Assembly (NCBI GenBank): GCA_964016885.1
Contig: OZ024741.1
Location: 402,008,001 to 402,072,000 of the forward strand
DNA: 64,000 nt
From: Eledone cirrhosa
Taxonomy: Eukaryota
Direction of reading: 5' to 3'
Shown here: in pieces, positions 57,769 through 64,000 of the stretch
Position numbering within the stretch: the first letter of the stretch is position 1
Layout: the number at the start of each line of letters is the position of its first letter
Notes under the pieces: model-generated
The model's input: the letters and a program-made list of their open reading frames with translations, nothing else
Told to the model about the DNA's origin: nothing
Databases searched by the model: none
Made by a program: the position numbers and the translations under genes

Positions 57769-58341
57769 CACTTACACCTCTCCAAGACAATGTCACTGGA
57801 CTGAGACCTTTGGCGGTACTCAGTTATAGAGAAGACCCGCCTTACCTAAATACAAAGTAAAACCTACTACAGCCAGTAGGCATCTCTAACAAAATACCCC
57901 CCCCCCCCCGTCCCACCACCCCCACCTCATCCACGCCACCCCTTTCAATGTAAGGTTATGTTGGTGCCACAACATCCAGGCCGAAACAAATGTGATCGTG
58001 TAGACACAGTCCACGCTGTAATGTGGCCGTGTAGGCAACACGGTAAAAACCTCCCAGCCCCACACTGTAAATGTGGTTGGTGTTAGGAAGGGCATCCAAC
58101 TGTAGAAAACCTGCCAGACAGTCCACGTTGTAATGGGGCCGTGTAGGCAACACCGTAAAAACCTCCCAGCCCCACACTGTAAATGTGGTTGGTGTTAGGA
58201 AGGGCATCCAGCTGTAGAAAACCCGCCAGATAGTCCTATGCGAGCAAGACAATCACTCTTGCCTCAAGTGGGAAGACCCCCGTCCAAACCCATGCAAGCG
58301 TGGAACACGGACGTTAAACGTTGATGATGATGATGATGATG
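57769..58341 (+). mobile_element. RTE-like LINE 3' remnant, copy 3, long form
   Basis: Same CACTTACAC start, 112-bp duplication at 58006-58236, (GAT)6 tail followed by AACTACATT. Confidence 0.8.
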
Positions 58342-58902
58342 AACTACATTATAATCACATATATTATATATAACTATATTATAAACACATATATTATATA
58401 TATATAACTACATTATAATCACATATATTATATATAACTACGTTATAATCACATATATTGTATATAAATATATTATAATCACATATATTATATATATATA
58501 ACTACATTATATTCACATATATTCTATATAACTATATTATAATCACATATATTCTATATAACTATATTATAATCACATATATTATATATAACTACATTAT
58601 AATCACATATATTATATATAACTATATTATAATCACATATATTATATATATATAACTACATTATAATCACATATATTATATATAACTACGTTATAATCAC
58701 ATATATTGTATATAAATATATTATAATCACATATATTATATATATATAACTACATTATATTCACATATATTCTATATAACTATATTATAATCACATATAT
58801 TCTATATAACTATATTATAATCACATATATTATATATAACTACATTATAATCACATATATTATATATAACTATATTATAATCACATATATTATATATATA
58901 TA

Positions 58903-59464
58903 CACTTACACATCTCCAAGACAATGTCACTGGACTGAGACCTTTGGCGGTACTCAGTAATAGAGAAGACCCGCCTTACCTAAATACAAAGTAAAACCTA
59001 CTACAACCAGTAGGTATCCCTAACAAAACACACCCCCGTCCCACCCCCCACCCCATCCACACCGCCCCTTTCAATGTAAAGTTATGTTGGTGCTACAACA
59101 TCCAGGCCGAAACAAATGAGGTCGTGTAGACACAGTCCACGCTGTAATTTGGCCATGTAGGCAACACGGTAAAAACCTCCCAGCCCCACACTGTAAATGT
59201 GGTTGGTGTTAGGAAGGGCATCCAGCTGTAGAAAACCTGCCAGACAGTCCACGCTGTAATGGGGTCGTGTAGGCAACACGGTAAAAACCTCCCAGCCCCA
59301 CACTGTAAATGTGGTTGGTGTTAGGAAGGGCATCCAGCTGTAGAAAACCCGCCAGACAGTCCTATGCGAGCAAGACAATCACTCTTGCCTCAAGTGGGAA
59401 AACCCCCGTCCAAACCCATGAAAGCGTGGAACAGGGACGTTAAACGTTGATGATGATGATGATG
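58903..59464 (+). mobile_element. RTE-like LINE 3' remnant, copy 4, long form
   Basis: Same junctions, 112-bp duplication at 59132-59362 bounded by ACAGTCC three times, (GAT)5 tail. Confidence 0.8.
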
Positions 59465-60833
59465 AACTACATTATAATCACATATATTATATATAACTAT
59501 ATTATAATCACATATATTATATATAACTACATTATAATCACATATATTATATATAACTACATTATAATCACATATATTATATATAACTATATTATAATCA
59601 CATATATTATATATAACTACATTATAATCCCATATATTATATATAACTATATTATAAACACATATATTATATATAACTACATTATAATCACATATATTAT
59701 ATATAACTATAATATAATCACATATATTATATATATATAACTACATTATAATCACATATATTATATATAACTACGTTATAATCACATATATTGTATATAA
59801 ATATATTATAATCACATATATTATATATAACTACATTATAATCACATATATTGTATATATAACTATATTATAATCACATATATTATATATAACTACATTA
59901 TAATCACATATATTATATATATAACTATATTATAATCACATATATTATATATAACTACATTATAATCACATATATTATATATAACTACATTATAATCACA
60001 TATATTATATATAAATAACTGCATTATAATCACATATATTATATATGACTACATTATAATCACATATATTATATATAACAACTTTATAATCACATATATT
60101 ATATATAACTATATTATAATCACATATATTATATATATATAACTACATTATAATCACATATATTATATATAACTACATTATAATCACATATATTATATAT
60201 AACTATATTATAATCACATATATTACATATAAATAACTACATTATAATCACATATATTATATATAACTACATTATAATTACATATATTATATATAACTAT
60301 ATTATAATCACATATATTATATATATATAACTACATTATAATCACATATATTATATATATATAACTACATTATAATCACATATATTATATATAACTATAT
60401 TATAATCACATATATTATATATATATAACTATATTATAATCACATATATTATATATAACTATATTATAATCACATATATTATATATAACTACATTATAAT
60501 CACATATATTATATATAACTTCATTATAATCACATATATTATATATATATATAACTATATTATAATCACATATATTATATATAACTATATTATAATCACA
60601 TATATTATATATAAATATATTATAATCCCATATATTATATATAACTACATTATAATCACATATATTACATATAACTACATTATAATCACATATATTATAT
60701 ATAACTATATTATAATCACATATATTATATATATATAACTATATTATAATCACATATATTATATATAACTACATTATAATCACATATATTATATATAACT
60801 ATATTATAATCACATATATTATATATATATATA

Positions 60834-61288
60834 CACTTACACCTCTCCAAGACAATGTCACTGGACTGAGACCTTTGGCGGTACTCAGTTATAGAGAAGA
60901 CCCGCCTTACCTAAATACAAAGTCAAACCTACTACAGCCAGTAGGCATCTCTAACAAAACACCCCCCCCGTCCCAGCACCCCCACCCCATCCACACCGCC
61001 CCTTTCAATGTAAAGTTATGTTGGTGCCACAACATCCAGGCCGAAACAAATGAGGTCGTGTAGACGCAGTCCACGCTGTAATGGGGTCATGTAGGCAACA
61101 CGGTAAAAACCTCCCAGCCCCACACTGTAAATGTGGTTGGTGTTAGGAAGGGCATCCAGCTGTAGAAAACCCGCCAGATAGTCCTATGCGAGCAAGACAA
61201 TCACTCTTGCCTCAAGTGGGAAACCCCCGTCCAAACCCATGCAAGCGTGGAACACGGACGTTAAACGTTGATGATGATGATGATGATG
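60834..61288 (+). mobile_element. RTE-like LINE 3' remnant, copy 5, short form
   Basis: Same junctions, single internal unit, (GAT)6 tail. Confidence 0.8.
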
Positions 61289-63186
61289 AACTACATTATA
61301 ATCACATATATTATATATAACTATATTATAATCACATATATTATATATAACTATATTATAATCACATATATTATATATAACTACATTATAATCACATATA
61401 TTATATATATATAACTATATTATAATCCCATATATTATATATATATAACTATATTATAATCACATATATTATATATAACTATATTATAATCACATATATT
61501 ATATATATATAACTATATTATAATCACATATATTATATATAGCTATATTATAATCACATATATTATATATATATAACTACATTATAATCACATATATTAT
61601 ATATAACTACATTATAATCACATATATATATATAACTACATTATAATCACATATATGATATATATATAACTATATTATAATCACATATATTGTATATAAC
61701 TATATTATAATCACATATATTTTATATATATAACTATATTATAATCACATATATTATATATAACTATATTATAATCACATATATTATATATAACTATATT
61801 ATAATCATATATATTATATATAACTACATTATTATCGCATATATTATATATAACTATATTATAATCACATATATTACATATAACTATATTCTAATCACAT
61901 ATATTATATATAACTATATTATAATCACATATATTATACATATATAACTATATTATAATCACATATATTATATATAACTACGTTATAATCACATATATTA
62001 TATATAACTATATTATAATCACATATATTATATATAACTATATTATAATCACATATATTATATATAACTACATTATAATCACAAATATTATATATAACTA
62101 CATTATAATCACATATATTATATATAACTATATTATAATCACATATATTATATATAACTACATTATAATCACATATATTATATATAACTATATTATAATC
62201 ACATATATTATATATATATAACTAAATTATAATCACATATATTATATATAACTACATTATAATCACATATATTATATATAACTATATTATAATCACATAT
62301 ATTATATATAACTACATTATAATCACATATATTATATATAACTACATTATAATCAGATATTTTATATATATATAACTACATTATAAACACATATATTATA
62401 TATAACTACATTATAATCCCATATATTATAAATGTATAACAACGTTATAATCACATATATTATATATAACTATATTATAATCACATATATTATATATATA
62501 TTACTACATTATAATCACATATATTATATATAACTATATTATAATCACATATATTATATATAAGTACATTATAATCACATATATTATATATAACTATATT
62601 ATAATCACATATATTATATATATATAACTATATTATAATCACATATATTATATATAACTATATTATAATCAAATATATTATATATAACTATATTATAATC
62701 ACATATATTATATATATATAACTACATTATAATCACATATATTATATATAACTTTATTATAATCACATATATTATATATAAGTACATTATAATCACATAT
62801 ATTATATATAACTATATTATAATCACATATATTATATATAACTACATTATAATCACATATATTATATATAACTTCATTATAATCACATATATTATATATA
62901 TATATAACTATATTATAATCACATATATTATATATAACTATATTATAATCACATATATTATATATAACTATATTATAATCCCATATATTATATATAACTA
63001 CATTATAATCACATATATTATATATAACTACATTATAATCACATATATTATATATAACTATATTATAATCACATATATTATATATATATAACTATATTAT
63101 AATCACATATATTATATATAACTACATTATAATCACATATATTATATATAACTATATTATAATCACATATATTATATATATATATA

Positions 63187-63641
63187 CACTTACACCTCTC
63201 CAAGACAATGTCACTGGACTGAGACCTTTGGCGGTACTCAGTTATAGAGAAGACCCGCCTTACCTAAATACAAAGTATAACCTACTACAGCCAGTAGGCA
63301 TCTCTAACAAAAGACCCCCCCGTCCCAGCACCCCCACCCCATCCACACCGCCCTTTTCAATGTAAAGTTATGTTGGTGCTACAACATCCAGGCCGAAACA
63401 AATGAGGTCGTGTAGACACAGTCCACGCTGTAATTTGGCCATGTAGGCAACACGGTAAAAACCTCCCAGCCCCACACTGTAAATGTGGTTGGTGTTAGGA
63501 AGGGCATCCAGCTGTAGAAAACCCGCCAGATAGTCCTATGCGAGCAAGACAATCACTCTTGCCTCAAGTGGGAAAACCCCCGTCCAAACCCATGAAAGCG
63601 TGGAACAGGGACATTAAACGTTGATGATGATGATGATGATG
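63187..63641 (+). mobile_element. RTE-like LINE 3' remnant, copy 6, short form
   Basis: Same junctions, single internal unit, (GAT)6 tail. Confidence 0.8.
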
Positions 63642-64000
63642 AACTACATTATAATCCCATATATTATATATAACTATATTATAAACACATATATTATATA
63701 TAACTACATTATAATCACATATATTATATATAACTATAATATAATCACATATATTATATATATATAACTACATTATAATCACATATATTATATATAACTA
63801 CATTATAATCACATATATTGTATATAAATATATTATAATCACATATATTATATATAACTACATTATAATCACATATATTATATATATAACTATATTATAA
63901 TCACATATATTATATATAACTACATTATAATCACATATATTATATATAACTACATTATAATCACATATATTATATATAACTATATTATAATCACATATAT

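Larger units (their letters stand above)
1..64000. repeat. AT-rich tandem satellite array, 30-bp monomer TATAACTA(C/T)ATTATAATCACATATATTATA, interrupted by 8 TE insertions and running off both window ends
   Basis: Positions 1-30 and 31-60 are identical except C/T at position 9, and the period persists to 64000. The ORF track shows 10-aa periodicity (VIYNICDYN[I/V]), which equals 30 nt. Length variants of 28/32/34/36 bp arise from loss or gain of TA. Confidence 0.98.

Noticed and set aside
59447-59740. Poly-Met ORF running from the (GAT)n tail into the satellite
   Set aside because: ATG codons of the tail happen to be in frame with a stop-free satellite frame; there is no support for expression.
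1-64000. CRISPR array (30-bp repeat length)
   Set aside because: Head-to-tail repeats with no unique spacers, no cas genes and eukaryotic TE context.
1-64000. Telomeric repeat or mitochondrial AT-rich control region
   Set aside because: No TTAGGG-like unit and no organellar genes; nuclear TEs and multi-kb duplications are present. A subtelomeric location cannot be excluded.

Overview
Eukaryotic heterochromatin-like window with no credible protein-coding gene. About 93% is an extremely AT-rich tandem satellite with a 30-bp monomer, TATAACTA(C/T)ATTATAATCACATATATTATA. Length variants of 28-36 bp differ by TA dinucleotides, and the array is organised into nested duplications of about 0.25, 0.55, 1.3, 2.7 and 5.8-6.4 kb. 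Eight insertions interrupt it, all on the + strand. Six are copies of one 5'-truncated non-LTR retrotransposon 3' end (RTE-like, (GAT)n tail) with identical junctions, so one insertion was amplified along with the satellite. One is a tRNA-derived SINE (55212-55401). One is a non-autonomous Helitron (56551-57441; A|TC...hairpin...CTAG|T, no TSD) whose empty target site survives in paralogous satellite blocks at about 60476 and 62829. The insertions flank a 45-kb insertion-free core. From memory, the SINE and LINE tail resemble octopus repeat families, suggesting a cephalopod source; this is unverified. All ORFs in the track are best explained as repeat artefacts. I found no evidence of a novel protein-based system; the interest lies in satellite and transposon dynamics.
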